From Trichosphaerium sp. ATCC 40318 (taxonomy: Eukaryota > Protista > Tubulinea): DNA of 64,000 bases. Both the position numbers and the translations under genes were made by a program. The DNA is taken from the NCBI GenBank assembly GCA_038496445.1, contig JALMLS010000204.1:62001-126000 (forward strand), written 5' to 3'. This document shows, piece after piece, positions 24,439 to 36,002 of this stretch; the stretch's first letter is position 1, and every line of letters starts with the position of its first letter. The notes below the pieces were generated by a model, which was not told where the DNA came from, did no database searches, and saw nothing but the letters and a program-made list of their open reading frames with translations.

Positions 24439-25209
24439 AGATGATTTATTAGATTACAAGAAGGATATGACTCAGTACACTACTTTCAACTATACGTTTA
24501 GGCGGAGCGTTACTGCTAGCTTCAGATGAAACACACATAGCTAAGGTGGCGTACCATGTCATATCTTTGCTCCACTGACCCGTACGGTGTTAACAGGGCG
24601 TGAGTACACAAGTTGTTGGCCAGTTACGCGTTTTCCTAAAAAATGGGTGTAAAAATGGGTTTAAATAATTGGCGCGATTCAGAATACGTGTAGTTGTGGT
24701 TTTTACAGTGATTTGAGCGCTTTGGAGAAGATGAAAAATGGGAGAAGATTTCGTTTTTTGCTTGGGCTATATTCCGGTAGCAGGTGCGCACTGCGTAGGG
24801 AAGTGGCTAGAGCGCATTACTCTGAACCGGCCGTTTTGCGCTGCAAAAATAAAAAAAACTTGTGAAAAAAAATATTTTTGTAGTACCTATTGAGTAACGC
24901 GTAATGCTGCGTGGTGTGAATTAGGCACGAATAGCGTGTTCTACAAGGCAGTTAGCAAAACGGCGTTTAAAAATTGCTGCGTAATTTAAAACAAACGGCG
25001 TAGCAAGGGAGGTACGACATAATAAACGGCACTGTAACAAACAGGCGCTTAAAGTGGCGTAAACAACCCTCAAACCCGTTAAATAATTACTGCGCACCCA
25101 AAAAATGACGTACCGTGGTTCAGACAGCCAAAACGTTGCTTACGACCAGTAAACGTTATCACACAAGGGCGCTTTACTGGTCGTTAAGTCAGTCGCAGTG
25201 AGTCGTGTG

Positions 25210-25263
25210 GTACCGGGCGCACATCCACGGAAACGACATTAATAACCCCTACACCACCGGCGC
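25210..25263 (-). pseudogene. T-arm-deleted tRNA-Gly-like relic (mirror of 19885-19938)
   Basis: Exact reverse complement within the right arm. Confidence 0.7.
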
Positions 25264-25388
25264 GCTTGTTATGTTTTAGACGCTCTGATCCCTACTGCTA
25301 CAGCACGATTTTATAACAAATACACGATTACAAACAAAAACAATAAACACAAAAAAAACCAAAAAAAAATTGCAAGCATTTTTTAAAA

Positions 25389-28300
25389 TTACACTATCAA
25401 TTTATTGCACATGTAAGACACCGCCACACCCACACAAAATACAATTACAAACATTAAATACCTATTGTCAGTATTTTTCGTCTTTTCTAACACTGTTGGC
25501 GGTGCTGTACTGTTGGAATTACTTTTGGCCAACGCGTTTTCCAACTTTTCTTTTTCATTGATAGCGTTTTCTGCTTTTGCAGAAGCGGCTTTCTCAGCTT
25601 GCTTCAAATCATAGATTTGTTGTTCCAGTGTAAGTATTTGCTCGTTGAATGTGTGCTCTCGTATCAGTGCCTCGTTTAGTGCCTTTTCAACCTCTGCAAA
25701 CTCGTCTGCACTAACCATCGGTATTGAAGATTCTGGTTCTGTAGCAGGTACGCTAGGTTCTGATACAGGACTGGTCCCAAGTGTAATATGCTCTGTGGTA
25801 GTTTGCACAGACTCCAAGCGCCCATTATCAACGATAGTAGGTTTACTGACATCATGCTAAACAAATGTTACAAACAAGAAGGATAGGAAATTTTGTACCT
25901 CAATAGCTTTGTCGGCTTCAATGCTATCAACCGCTACAGGTTCTGTACTATCTTCTGGTTCTAGGGTATCCACTGACGTTTCTTCTGGTTCTTCAGATGG
26001 ATCGATATCCTCACTACCTTCTTGTGTTTCTTCATGTTGATTGGCTTCACTGCTTTCAGCTTCTCTATCTTCCAATTCTGCGTTTTCTGTATTTGAAGTT
26101 TCAACGGCGATTTGATGTTCATTATCTGCACTGTCAGCTTTGGCTTCTTTAACAATGTTGTCTTTAGCATTGGCATCATTAGATTCTCCTTTAATGTCCT
26201 CTTCAGTCTCTTTGGATACTTCAACACCAGGTGAACTTGGTGGCTCTTCTATGACGTCTGAATTCAATCTGTGGCTAGCAACTAAAGCCATTCTGCTCCG
26301 TGGTGTTGGTGGTTGCCGTTTGGGTTTTGGTACTGTCTCAATATCACGGCTTAACTCAAGCAGTTGTATTAAATTCTCTGTCTCTTCTTCTGAAAGCGGT
26401 GGTGTCACAACACCAGTTTGAAAACGTGGTGAGAGCGGTGAAGTATCTCCTGAAGCAGCTTCTACTAATGGAACTGATGTACGCAAGCCTATCTCGAGCC
26501 TTTTCGCAGGTTTTTCGTTTTCGTTCTTGCCAGTATGCCAAACAGCCTCTGTAGATAACTGTTCGCTTTCGTGTGAGGATACTTCAATTTCTGGTATGGT
26601 TGTTGGCTCTTCTTCTGTTTCTTCTTCTTTGTCTTCTGTCGTTAGTATCTTATCTGCCTTCTCTCGATCTTCTGCAGTGGTTTCTTCTTCTTCTTCATCT
26701 TCCATTGGGTGCACTGGAGTGTCTGTTTGTGCTTTCTTTTCGTTTCGTGTCGCGGCTGCTACAACTTCTGCAATCTCTTCAGGGGTGCGACTGTACGATA
26801 GCGATGTCACACGTGGTCTTCTTTGCATGCGACTACTTGACATCTCAGATACTTCTGACTCTTCTTCAAATTCTAGTTTATTCCTTCTTTCTGTCTCTGC
26901 ACGATATCTTTCACTTCCAGCCAAAGATATTGTATTACTCTTTGTGAAAGCACGCCTATTTAATGAAATAGTTGCAATGCTCAAAGATCTGTTTGTTTGT
27001 GCTCTCTTCGATGCCGTTTCTGTTCTTCCAAACTTGGTTGACATGACTCGTAATTTCTTATCAACAAACAGGTCACGAGCATGCATGATAAGCTCACGGA
27101 CAACCTCACATTGAGTGTCAACTACCTCAAAGCTATCTTGACCAAAAAAGGATCCTTGGAATACACGTGCAAGATTGCCGATGTCCATTTTGTTTTTGTT
27201 GGAGTGAGCTGCAATGTCCGTGAAAAATGCCATCAAATGACAAAGTACTTTAAAATTTGCACGTGGAACACGAGCAATTAAACCCTTGTACTTTGTAATC
27301 CGCACACCAACCTCACGTATATCTACAAAAACATAAGTAAACAATTACACTTGCTCTAACGTACTTATTACGTCAAGGAAAAGAGGGCGAAGGCGAACTG
27401 TCAACAAAGGCTCAGGAAGTGTTCCTAAAAAATGATGTCAGAACCAAATAAGGGCAACCTTTTTTATGGCAGTACGCACTTAAAAACAGTGTAAGAAGTC
27501 CACACCTAACATAAGGTTAGAATAACAAAAATGTTAAAAATAATACAAATGTACCAGTCGTATATTTCCTGTATGGCACCCTCTACCAAGTCAAGTTGTT
27601 TGGCCTCAACTAAATCTTTTGCTTTTTCGATTTGTAGCTTGAAAAAAAACGATATTAGTCGCCACCACGTGCTCATGCATGTAGATTGGTACCTTTCTAC
27701 CTGGTACGCGAAATATTCCCTCTTCATCTATCCCTTTTTCACGTATTTTATCGGTACATAATTGAAGGACAAGAGGAATGCCATTAGGTTGCTCTGTTAA
27801 ACGAAAAGATTAGAGGCAAATTACACCCGAGTAAAATGATTAAAAAAACTGCAGTTAACACGTGTATTTACTAACCTGGATGCATAATAGATAGCTGTGT
27901 AGGATCTATACCAAACTGAGGGTACTCTGGCCCTTTTTTGCACTTTTTCCTGGCGATTGGTCGTTTTAATAAAAATACCACACTAAAACATTATAAACGT
28001 ACTCTTTTCGCGGTGTAGAAACGATTTAACAGCACGATTCTTTGTATGGCTTTTCTTTTTAGTACTTTTTTGGCTACCTCTTCCCAAACAATAAGCACAT
28101 CTATTTTTACGCTATATTTATCCGTACCGAGACGATTTAGTGGATCCTAGGGACTTTTCTTCTGTTCTTTTCTCCTCTGATTTTTCTTGAGTTTTTGGTA
28201 CAGCGTGAACCGTTTCAACGCGGCTACCGTTCCTACTATGCTTCTTTTTACCTAAATATGGTCACGAATAAGATCACTATCGATAAAAAGCCTTTTTTAA

Positions 28301-28503
28301 AGTACCAGTAACTTTTTTTGTTAGTTTACGAAAGCCACTCTTAACCTTATGCTTCTTACTTGCTAGATATTAAATTAATAAACCCGCGTATTGTAGTTTT
28401 TGTTTTATTTTGTTTTGAATTCAATCAATTGTTGTTCTAGTATACCCCTTAGCTTTGAACCATTGTGTGATGGCGTTGGCGAAGGTTGTGCCTCTTCTTG
28501 CAT
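25389..28503 (-). CDS. RhoGAP-domain protein with acidic linker, coiled coil and C-terminal TM anchor, multi-exon
   Basis: EEGIFRVPG, LPEPLLT, VPRANFKVLCHLMAFFTDIAAHSNKNKMDIGNLARVF; C-terminal YLMFVIVFCVGVAVSYM; start approximate. Confidence 0.85.
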
Positions 28504-29035
28504 TGTGTTTTATTTTTACTTTCGAAACAAATGGCGTCAACTGCCTTAACAAATTATTATTATCGGTGATTTTGAAGCTACTATATCACGCTATTTTATT
28601 TTATCACTTCTGTTCGCTGTTTCACAGTGTTGCAGTATGAGCAGTGTTGAAATACGAAAACAAGTTTACACTCATGTTTCTATATCACGTGATGTACGTA
28701 ACGTCGGGTAGGCAAAAGGCACGTAAGGATTTAGAACCTTAGCGTTTCAAACATAAACCTTTGTGACCAAGAAACCTACTGGGACGGTATAGTATATTCT
28801 CTTGACTGGAATTCTGTATTGTCAATCATTAAAGCGTTGTATGTACTATGGGAAGCTAATAGAAATTCTGTTAAATAAAATTGTTTATTAACATAGCTTG
28901 GCGTCACCTAAAGAAATCTTAGTCTCCCAAAAGTGCGTGTAGACAAACAAATGGGTATGAAGTTTAAGAAGTATGGATCTTCCTTTGTTACTGCAGTATG
29001 AAGAAGGTAGAGGGTATGAACGTTTTTTAAAGATG

Positions 29036-29200
29036 TGATACCTTCATTTGTTTTAGAGATGTGCTTGAAAGGCCCATGTGAACATTTGACAGCACCTTGA
29101 TTCCTTCATTCGTAGCTGTAGTCCCCTGTAGAATATGGTAAGAACACGTTTTAGCACTTTGATTTCCTCATCCTACCTGAACTACACTATGAATACCTTT
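29036..29200 (-). pseudogene. Degraded LRR repeats of the same family
   Basis: Frame-broken KGIHS, DEEIKVLKRV, ILQGTTATNEGIKVL, TNEGI. Confidence 0.55.
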
Positions 29201-29374
29201 TAATATTACTTTGGCCATTTTCATCCCACAGTTTTATCACGTACCCACAACATTTATTTCGCAGTCTATGAAGATACATAACCAAACGCCAAATGACTTA
29301 TACACGCCAAACAATTTGCTTTATGTTAAGTAGTGGAGTTGTTTATTACTAACACAGTCCACTTTTCATATGTA

Positions 29375-30805
29375 TTACGACATGCCTTTCCAGTTTTTGT
29401 GGTGTAAGACAATTTTACAATTTGTATTAGCATCTTCGAGGGCTTTTATACCTTCTGTTGTAACTGCAGTATTCTCAAGGTTGATGTTATGAACTCCTGT
29501 TAATCCTTTGATACCTTTATCTGTCACTTGTCTGCAACCAGTAAGGTTAAGAGTGTGTACATCTTTTAATGCTGTAAGCCCATCATCTGTAACATTAGTA
29601 AAACTAAGTGAAATAGTAGGAACGTCTTTTAATGCTTTAATGCCCTCATTAGTAACTTTGTGACAGCTGGAAAGGCTAATTTTATCAACACCTTTTAGTG
29701 CCTTTACACCTTCATCTGTGATTGAAGTGCTGTCAAGGAGAATAGTATGAACTCCATGTAATGCTTTGAGACCTTCGTCTGTCACTCTTGTACAAGTAAG
29801 GTTGATTGCATGAACATCTTTAAGCGCTTTAACACCTTCATCTGTGACTCTTGTACAACTAAGGTCAATTGTATGAACATCTTTTAGAACTTTAACACCT
29901 TCATCTGTAACAGAAGTTCCATAAAGGCAAATGCTATGAACGTCTTGCAATGCTTTGATACCTTCATCAGTAACTCGTTTACATCTAGTAATATCTATAG
30001 TATGAACACCTTTTAGTGCTTTGATACATTCATCAGTGACTTGTTCACAGTCACTAAGGTTAATAGTATGCACATCTTTTAATGCTTTGATGTATTCAAT
30101 GTTAACAGATGGACACTCAGATAAATCAATTGTATGAACACCTGTAATTGCTTTCATATCATCTTGGGTGATATCAAGCCTGCCAGATACATTTATTTTG
30201 CGGCATCCATCAAGTAGAGAGATCAATGTCTGTGTGTGATCCAGGGTGATCATAGTGTTGTTTTTGATACCATTGTACTCTCTAATCCTCAAAATATCTT
30301 TTACTGAAGAGAGACACACCTCCTCATATCCAACAATATCATGAATGATATCGGCCATCATACGACATGACTGAGCAACAGCGAACCTTGAAATTTCACA
30401 TGTTTGATTTAAAATACTTGAAATTATTTTCTCTGGCAGTCTAAGAATATTTGGTTCGTTGTATGCTGTCTTTGGTGCTCTATATAATTGTGGTAAGTAA
30501 TAACAATGTAACAAAACAAAGTGTTTTAGAAAAACGTACTGTCTTTTTTGTTTGCGATTTGGCAAAGCGATGCTTGAAGGAGAACGTCTCGAACTCTCGT
30601 TTGATTCTTCAGCGATCATATCTGTTGGTTTCAGAATAAAATCATCAAGTTGTTGTACAAGACGCGTATTTGAGAGATCTAGAATCCTTTTCACGTGTTT
30701 TACGAATAATTGAGGTTGTTCAACAACAAGGTTATTGTAAGCTTCTTTGTGGTTCTCACGATAGTATTTAATTGCTTGTTCAATTGAAACGCCACAGAAA
30801 TTCAT
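29375..30805 (-). CDS. F-box-like + short LRR protein, copy B (in-frame 60-nt intron, 30480-30539)
   Basis: Paralog of copy A (MNFCGVSIEQAIKYYR; SRFAVAQSCRMMADIIHD); 11 LRRs; GTACGT...TAG intron at the same position and phase as in copy A. Confidence 0.85.
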   Translation of the reverse strand: MNFCGVSIEQAIKYYRENHKEAYNNLVVEQPQLFVKHVKRILDLSNTRLVQQLDDFILKPTDMIAEESNESSRRSPSSIALPNRKQKRQYVFLKHFVLLHCYYLPQLYRAPKTAYNEPNILRLPEKIISSILNQTCEISRFAVAQSCRMMADIIHDIVGYEEVCLSSVKDILRIREYNGIKNNTMITLDHTQTLISLLDGCRKINVSGRLDITQDDMKAITGVHTIDLSECPSVNIEYIKALKDVHTINLSDCEQVTDECIKALKGVHTIDITRCKRVTDEGIKALQDVHSICLYGTSVTDEGVKVLKDVHTIDLSCTRVTDEGVKALKDVHAINLTCTRVTDEGLKALHGVHTILLDSTSITDEGVKALKGVDKISLSSCHKVTNEGIKALKDVPTISLSFTNVTDDGLTALKDVHTLNLTGCRQVTDKGIKGLTGVHNINLENTAVTTEGIKALEDANTNCKIVLHHKNWKGMS

Positions 30806-31081
30806 GATTTGAGTGCAGCAGGAGCACTGATGGAATTTATGATATAAATTTGTCTTTTCTATCTTTTAAAAATCACGTGGTCAAACAGTTTAGCACTACT
30901 TTTTACTTTTAGTTTTTATTCTTTGCTCGGTAGCTACTGTTTTTATGCCATGTGATTTATTCTTATGAACGGGAAGGATCCATCATAAAGTCAAGTCTTA
31001 GGAGGGGGATATTAAGTCTTAGGATCTCCGCAGTTCAGTCGGTTTATTAGTACACTAAAATAAGCTCCGCAATACCATTGA

Positions 31082-31687
31082 ATGACTAATTCTTCTAATT
31101 GTCTCCTTTTACGCCTTCCACTGGAGCTACAACTTGTGCTAGTCGAGTATGACCGTGAAGTTTATGTAAAGTGGCCTTGTTTATCAAAAAACACGGCTGT
31201 TACAACAAGGTTTGATTGCAAGTTTAAAAAACACAGGAAATGGATAAAACACGTCAACAGAAAAAAAACCGTTGAACATCTGTACTGGAGGCATGGATTA
31301 CGTCATGGGGAGCTTAAGAGGTGGTGTAGTAATGGTAAATTACTGGCACATTGCCATTACGTCAATGGTAAGCCTGCTGGAGAGCACAAATATTATTTTA
31401 GCAGTGGTCAACTGCGTAGAGCTTATCACTTCGTCAATGGCAAACATGAAGGAGAATACAAGAGTTGGTTTCAGGATGGAACACTATCGAAGCAGGGAAA
31501 TTATATTGGAGGTAAACTAGAAGGCGAGTACAAGATTTGGTATGAGACTGGTCAATTATGGCAGTGTGTTACTTATGTGAACAATTTAAAAGAAGGAGAG
31601 TATAGTGAGTGGAATAGGAATGGTGTTTTGGTCAATCACTATATCTATTCTAAAGGTGAAAGAAAACATCTGAAGGGAAATAATTAA
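31082..31687 (+). CDS. F-box-like + MORN2 repeat protein, copy B
   Basis: LLRLPLELQLVL, YVKWP, TRFD motifs shared with copies A and C; ~5 YVNGKxEGEYKxW repeats. Confidence 0.85.
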   Translation: MTNSSNCLLLRLPLELQLVLVEYDREVYVKWPCLSKNTAVTTRFDCKFKKHRKWIKHVNRKKTVEHLYWRHGLRHGELKRWCSNGKLLAHCHYVNGKPAGEHKYYFSSGQLRRAYHFVNGKHEGEYKSWFQDGTLSKQGNYIGGKLEGEYKIWYETGQLWQCVTYVNNLKEGEYSEWNRNGVLVNHYIYSKGERKHLKGNN

Positions 31688-32174
31688 GAAAGTTGTTGGC
31701 TTTCTGGAATCACTGTTAAATCATAAATAGCGTCTGTAATGGTTTAGTCTTGGATTCACCTTAAAACAAATATTCTTTTCCATTATGTAACGTGTCAAAG
31801 CCCTTTTACTCTCTTTCAATGACTAGTATTAACCACATTGTTATAAAATGGCATTAAATAAAATAGGTAGCTATCTATTTACTACACAAGTGGTCGCTTC
31901 TCTTTACTTTACTCGACCTTGTTACCTTTGCTACGTTTCAGAGAAAAGTAAGCGAAAACAACTGCAAAGTTGTTGGTATTTGCATAGGTGCTGTAGAGTA
32001 GTGAACGGTAATTTATGATTTATCAACTTTATTTCAAAAAATCACGTGGTCAAAGTTCAACTTTGATTGTTGATTCGTGTAAGAATTGCTTTACAAATCA
32101 TATCTGGAATATTTCATGTACTATTTTCAAATATCAAAGATATCAAGAGAGAGTGAGTAATTTAAGCGCTGTAT

Positions 32175-33810
32175 TTACTTTTTGTTTTTTGTTCTTTTCT
32201 TCTTTGGTGTATTCTCAGTGTTCATTATACAAGTTGTACCATAACTTGACGAATATACAACCTGTTCAAGGTTGCTATTTTGCCAAAGACTTTTGATGCT
32301 TTCTGCTGTTACCAACTTACAAGCCACAGCATTTAATGTCCTTAAATTAGGTAATAACTCGAGGGAACCCATTCCTACATACTGTAAGAATCATTGAATA
32401 AAAACAATGTAATTTGACTTGCCTCTATCCGTTATACTTGCGCAATACGACATTTCAAGTCTCTGTAGTGATCTCATGCTTGATATAGCTTCAATAAATG
32501 CGCTATCCTTTATAGGTGTGAAAGATACAACTTAACATTTAGAGGTTAGTTTGAATTCATGTAGCGTGGGTAGTAACTTACTGAGTGTACGTAGAGGCAA
32601 GTTTTTTAGTTCTTTAATAGCGCTGCTAAACACACATGACATGCAAGTAGCTATAGAAAGCCATTCCAACTTCTAAAAATACAACAATGAGAAACTGAAA
32701 AATCAATAAAAACAATTACCTTAAAGTATTTGCAGTGCTTCAATCCGTTTCCGCTAATTCTAGTAGCATCAAGACAAAGATATTTTAACCTCAACAGTGG
32801 TGTCAAACATCGCATTCCAGTATCAGATATATTGGCTCCGCTCTACAGAAGAAATAGACTTAACACAAAAGCAAAGATATCCACAATACGAACCAAATCT
32901 AAATGTTCGAGTGTTTTAATTTCAGCAATAGACTTTAGGTGCGCATCCTGCATCTTTGTTATTCTGGAATCTTAAGTATATGCTTACTGTTATGGTAGGA
33001 CATTGTCCAATGTCAAAACTAACCAACTTATTGCAATGCTGCGAAAGGGACGCCATTGCCTAAGTACAAAATCAACCTGATATGTAAAAAAAAAACAATA
33101 AAAGAGATCAAAGTGATTGATATACACTTACTGTACTACTAATGCTTACGAGTGCTAGGTCAAGTGTCTTAACACAAGTCATATACTTGACAAAGGACCC
33201 TTCGAACTATTAATGACATTAGTTATTAATGACAGATGTATTAATAAAATTTATCAATTCTTTGTACTTTAGCACGGAAGTTTCTCAGATTTATACGTTT
33301 AATCTTTCCACCACAGACCTATCAAACGAAGTAAGAATACTGTATTCGTAATGTACAGTATATTGCGTACCTTTAAGAGCTTGTACACAACGTCAGGTCG
33401 TACTCTAGGCCTAAAAAACCACTTTTCAGAAAATACAGATAATTTATTATCATTTTTGTTGTACCAGTCGGAAAAATCCAAGTGACGCATGCCATGTGGT
33501 AGAAAGGTGCTGAACATTTTTGATACGGTCAACAATCTTGAAAAAGGTCAGGTTGAACGGTTTTTGTCAAAACTTACGATTGACAGATGCTCTTAGTTGT
33601 CCTATGCGCCAACAGTAAGTAAAAATGGCGTACAGAGGAATTAGTAAGCTGTACGTACAGGCTCTGTATTATTTTGGACCATATTTCCCAAGGGAGTGGT
33701 ACTAGCGCTTGGACTTTCGTTTTAGCCTATAGTAGTTTAAAATATAAACTTAGAAGCATACGCACTTCAGGATTACTTCTAAGCTTCTTGGTTGGCGACT
33801 TACAATTCAT
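32175..33810 (-). CDS. F-box/LRR (FBXL-type) protein, multi-exon
   Basis: LVPLPWEIWSKIIQSL F-box; LRRs LVSFDIGQCPTIT, LKYLCLDATRISG, LQRLEMSYCASITD. Confidence 0.7.
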
Positions 33811-33980
33811 TATAGACGTGAACGTTCAGCAGATGCAGTTTTGTTCAATCAAGCAAACTGCTTTCCATTTTCAAGCATTTTCAAAACTTAGGCCTCATTA
33901 AAAAAAAAATCGCGCGAGGTTCGAAGTGGAGTGCTAATCAAGAAAAAACAAGCTAAAAAATTACATTGTTGGTATTTATT

Positions 33981-35847
33981 TTACATCTGTGGATGTTCAG
34001 CAAAAGACTTCTGAACAAACTTATTAATACAACCCTGTATGCTATTTAATTCGCTCAATAATATTGCATACTTCTTATCAAGCCGTTTTATAACCTACAA
34101 AGAGAAAAATCAAAAAAATAGAAAAAAAATCAGAAATGTTTTGAAAAGGACGTTTCTCGTGATGTGTACCGAAATCCGCTTATTATACATGTCACGTATG
34201 AAGTTCCCAAGTGCAGCCCTGACCTTTGGATCTGGTTCTTTCTTATAATAATTGTCTAAAGCACTAGAAAAGTGATAACCATTGTCCATCAGATTTTTCC
34301 TTATCTTCCTCGCTAAATCATATTTGCGTTCATACACCCTCTTACTCTCATATAGTCCATCCATATCTTCAATAGGTTTCGCCAATTCTAAGTTTTCTCA
34401 AAAGGTAAGCAACCAGTTGACAACAAGTGAAAAATCACGTGCCTGGTTTGTTGCTCTCTTCAAACTTTACAGGGAAGAAAGGTGGTAGGCTGAGCTTAAG
34501 AGTAACTTCTCCATACTCTTGAGTAACCTCTTCAGTATTTCCACGCTTACTTGATACCCTGGATGGTTCGACTTTCTGCCTAGTACCAAAAATGTTTAGA
34601 AACCAAAAAGTGCAACTCTGCAATTTTTTATGTACTTTTTTATGGCATGTCCAGAAGTAGTTGGTGGCGCTTTGCGTTTCCTTTCGTTCTTGATTCCAGT
34701 TGTGCTTGAATTCTTGCTCTCTGTCTTAGGCTTCGGCCTTATAATGATAAGAAAACATCACATTAAAGAAACGTTTGGTGTACATACCTCCTTGTAGGTG
34801 CCTTTGATTGAGGCCTTGATGGCTTCTGTGCTTTCTTTGCATTAGATACAAAACTCTTTATGATATTCTTTTTACTGCCCATAGGTTTCATTGCTGATTT
34901 TTTTGCAGGTGTTATCAATGATGTCACAGACATTCTAGAACTTCTTGATTGTTTAGCAGTTGTAGGACGCTCAATCCTTTTTGGCTTTACAGTTCCAGTA
35001 CCAATAGCCCCAGAGAAATGAGGTATCTGATCTGGTCTTCCACCACGCGACTGTGACGGACGTGAACCCACTAGGTTTGTCAGTACAAACTTCGTCGTTT
35101 ATTGCATAGAGGACAAAACAGATAGCTGCTCCTCTATTCATACCTGAAACTCGCCTCGATTCCCTACGTTTCCTGACACTCGTGATATCTATGGTAGCAG
35201 TCCGATGCTTGCTTGCTAGATCTCTGGCGGCCTGTCTAGTCTTCTCGCCAATCCGCTTACAAACGCTCTCAGTCAAACGAGGTTGTACCGATAGTTTGGA
35301 GGTAACAATACCTTCGGAAAGGTTACAAACAACCCGTAACAAAGTTATCTCTGACAAATTAAAAAAAAAGTTTCCGAGTTTGAGGAATATCTATCAGTGA
35401 AACAATCAAACTTTTATCAACTGACCTGCTCTGGAAAACCCTGAATCATCGTTTAAGAATAGATGATGTGGTTTTTCTTCCTTCTTGACATGTATCTTGT
35501 ACGTATCTCCGTCTTGTATAGTGAGCGTCTAACGTTAGAGTAAGTTGTAGTTTTTAAATCGATAATTGCTTGAAGCAATGTACCGATTCGTCTCCTGTTC
35601 CAAGTCTTAGCTTCGGTATACCATCTGGTGTATCTAAGAGCGCTTCTTGAAGGCTGGTTGGTAACTTTATATGGTACACAAGCCTAAAACGCGTTTATTT
35701 ATTAACACAGACACCATAATAATAATAAACCGGCGAAATACGCCGTTTTAATAACCACAAAACTCAAACGTCATTTGTTCAACATTAATACTATCGCACG
35801 TACCTTTGTGCATCATACGAGTCAGCATTTAAGTAGAACTCCTGCAT
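33981..35847 (-). CDS. Hypothetical basic low-complexity protein, multi-exon
   Basis: Chain of minus-strand ORFs linked by short GT-AG introns; no recognised domain. Confidence 0.5.
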
Positions 35848-36002
35848 GCCTCACGTGCCGCAAGAAAGACCAAAAAAGAAAAATAACGTTTGACTCAAAC
35901 GAGAACTTTCTTTATCGTTTCTGGCTACAACTAAAATAAAAAAAACACCTTTTGGTGGCTATAGTACAAGTGGGGGAAGTATATAAGCTTATTGCTCGTT
36001 CA

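Larger units (their letters stand above)
23910..25483 (-). repeat. Right arm of long inverted repeat (1574 bp)
   Basis: Reverse complement of 19665-21418; includes the last ~95 bp of the RhoGAP CDS. Confidence 0.95.

Noticed and set aside
19665-25483. Autonomous transposon (Polinton, foldback or tRNA-targeting Dada) with long TIRs
   Set aside because: No transposase or integrase ORF, no target-site duplication at the outer ends, and one end lies inside a host CDS
26140-27114. Plus-strand Ser-rich ORFs opposite the RhoGAP
   Set aside because: Antisense shadows of the Glu-rich coding strand
31082-31687. Bacterial YwqK antitoxin / toxin-antitoxin system
   Set aside because: Similarity is only to the generic MORN2 repeat; eukaryotic context, F-box-like N-terminus and no recognisable toxin
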